DNA of 64,000 nucleotides from Octopus vulgaris. Taxonomy: Eukaryota. Of the stretch, positions 61,618-64,000 are shown piece after piece (within the stretch, counting starts at the first letter, position 1; each line of letters opens with the position of its first letter). The notes under the pieces are model-generated. The model made no database searches. It saw only the letters and a list, made by a program, of their open reading frames with translations, and was not told the origin of the DNA. The DNA lies in contig OX597831.1 in NCBI GenBank assembly GCA_951406725.2, positions 72,540,001-72,604,000 on the forward strand, read 5' to 3'. A program made the translations under genes and the position numbers.

Positions 61618-63329
61618 TTTTATTTATAGTAATGAGCTTATTTCGTATCATTAACGTCTATAGAATCTATATTTCCTCGAATTAATAGGCAAGATACCTT
61701 TATTTCTCTAACTTAAAAACTCACTAAACTAAACAAGTGATGTCTTAGTTACGTCCAAGTTTTAAGGGAGATAACTCCAGAAGGCTTACGGGAGATAACT
61801 GTGTCTTTTGAGGCTTGCTTTCTTATCGCAGGCTGTCGTCACATTGTCAACCGGAAAAATCCTTACGTGCTCAGCGGAGCAACGGAAACAACAGCCAAAT
61901 CTCCCTCATACTACATGTAATTGTCTTCATAAAGAAAAGATACATTACATATGTAGTTCTAAATATACTTTGAAAAAGCACTGACGGGACAGGCCCTGCA
62001 TGGGAGCTCCTGGATGTTTAGAGCGATCGGTAGGAACGTTCTGTTGCATTTCTCTCAGATCTCTGAGTTCAAATCCTGCCGAGTTCAACTTAACATTCAT
62101 CCTTCAGGCTAGATTTTACTTTCTCTTTATGAATTGTGTCCGTAATTTAAAGCCCAACCTCGTCGCATTGATTTGACTCGAGACAGTACAGTGTATCTGT
62201 GGTATACACAGCCACTTACACGTTAATTTCCCAAAAGTGAATTGAGTTGGTCCAGCAATACAAAACTCACTGTTGATACCAACGGAATATCCACCATTTA
62301 TATGTGCGCGTGTGTTTCACTGTATTTTTTAAAAACTATTTTTAACATTTTATTTTATATCCTCATCATTATCATTTAACGTCCATTTTTCATGCCGGCA
62401 TGGGTTGGATTTTTCAGCAGGAGTCACAGAAGGTTCCATTGTCAGTTTTAGCTTGATTTCTACTGCTTGATACTCTTCTAGCACTAATCACTTAAGTGTG
62501 TACTGGATGTTTTTTATGTGGCACCAGCACCAACAGGGTAACCAAATAATACACACACACACTAATGTATTTCTTTTCTAAAGTATTTTAAAGCATTATA
62601 CTAATTCCTTAAACATGAGATGTTTCAGGTTATTTGAAATATATCTTTTAACTTTTTCATTACTGTATTTATTTTGAGATGCTCTGTGTTTCTTTCAATT
62701 AATTTTAAATGTAACAAAGAATTTGGTAAAAAAAAAAACAAACTTTGAAATCATTAAGCTAGTGTTAAGAATATAAATTGTGATTAAGATTTGGTGGAAG
62801 ATTTTAATTCAAAACTTTTGTAAACAAGACATTTGTACTACAGAGTCAGAGGTGGTTTCAGCCAGGTTGGTAAGGAAAGAGTTGATTTTTTCTTTTTTTT
62901 CTGCATTGTTTGTGAAACACTATCAGATATGATGTGTGGAGTAATAAAAAAAAAAAACAATATTGGAATGGGATAGGGTGCAAATGTATAAAAAATTAAA
63001 TTTTAGGGACAAAAAAATGCTTTCAGAGAAGAGAAAAAAAAAAACTATCCAATTCCTTGGCCTTTTCCTTCTCCGACATAGTGATAGCTGTTCCGAATGT
63101 TCTTGTGAATTAGACATTATAATACAAATCTACCCACTGTGAATTAAGTTTTATTCTAATACTCGGTACATTTTATTCATGGTATTAAATAGTTTTGGGA
63201 GTATCAAGAGAGAGTATGTTACCAGTACACTTCACATTTTCTTACCAAACTTATATAACCATACAGAATAGTATTGTAGAAAGACCAACACTGAAGTTAA
63301 CTACTCCCTGTTTTAGTTACCACAGTATA

Positions 63330-63716
63330 TTAGTAATTTTAATATTTCTATTATTGAAAACAAGTGAATGTATTCCACTGTAACTAGGTAAATAAAATCT
63401 TCGAACAGATGGTCAGTAGCGACACCTGTGGGTCTGATTATGCTGCATTGATAAAGGGCAACAACCCTGAAACATGTCTGCAGATGTCTGACTAGCAAGG
63501 TGAAGTGGCTGACCTCCCCTGTTCGAAGGTTTGTAATGGACGCAGGTTCGTGTGTCAAATAGCTAGTTAGAGGCGGTGGCCTCTTGGAGCTAATCAGCGA
63601 CAGCTTTAGTCTTATATTTATAGACTGCCATATTAGTATGGCGATAACTATTAATATCCAGTAATGCTGCCGTAATCTCCTTTAGAGAGACTTAGTAATT
63701 TTAATATTTCTATTAT
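63330..63716 (+). mobile_element. Retrozyme-like 362-bp monomer with 25-bp terminal redundancy
   Basis: ttagtaattttaatatttctattat at 63330-63354 and 63692-63716; internal HHR-like motif; related copies at about 9.3 kb and 41.6 kb. Confidence 0.55.
63443..63483 (+). ncRNA. Degenerate minimal type I hammerhead
   Basis: CUGCA-UUGAUAA-AGGG-CAACAA-CCCU-GAA-ACAUGU-C-UGCAG; stems intact, core differs from CUGAUGA at positions 3 and 8. Confidence 0.6.
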
Positions 63717-64000
63717 GTTAGTAATGTTTTACTTAATTAAAATTAATGTGGATCCCAGTTTCAACCAAAAATTGTGTGTGTAGCAATTTGTCTATAATAG
63801 TCACTGAGTTTTAAAAGTAAATGAGAACTGAACTTATAAGTCACAGAAAAGTATCTTAGATCTACTTCAGCCTGGGTCTGGGACATCAGAACACCACTCT
63901 TATGCAAAATCTATGCTTTTATACAAGTCAATGTTGTTTCCAAATCCCCTATACAATGTTATAATTGCCAATTCATATTACCAAAAAGTTTCATGTGGAA

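Overview
Eukaryotic, AT-rich, repeat-saturated genomic DNA, most likely octopus or another coleoid cephalopod. This is inferred from the many tRNA-derived OK/OR-type SINEs, the long (TA)n/(TACA)n/(AAT)n tracts and a GC-rich 18S fragment with large expansion segments. Almost all ORFs in the supplied track are microsatellite or transposon artefacts. The only intact non-TE gene is an intronless 667-aa membrane glycosyltransferase (2331-4334, minus) with the motif set of bacterial beta-1,2-glucan synthases (OpgH/MdoH, partly Cgs/NdvB-like), a candidate horizontally acquired glucan-synthesis gene in an animal. Other notable structure: (i) four hammerhead-ribozyme-like motifs, two of them in a ~360-bp terminally redundant retrozyme-like family with three diverged copies; (ii) an antisense ITS1+18S rDNA fragment patched into the RT of an L1/Tx1 LINE and itself interrupted by a hAT fragment; (iii) two local copy events flanked by unusually long direct duplications (37 and 66 bp), one inside a 690-bp inverted repeat; (iv) a foldback element with an 8-bp TSD and internal TTAGGG repeats; (v) a Tc1-type element carrying a piece of L1. 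All identifications come from reading motifs by eye, no searches were run, and most TE boundaries are approximate.
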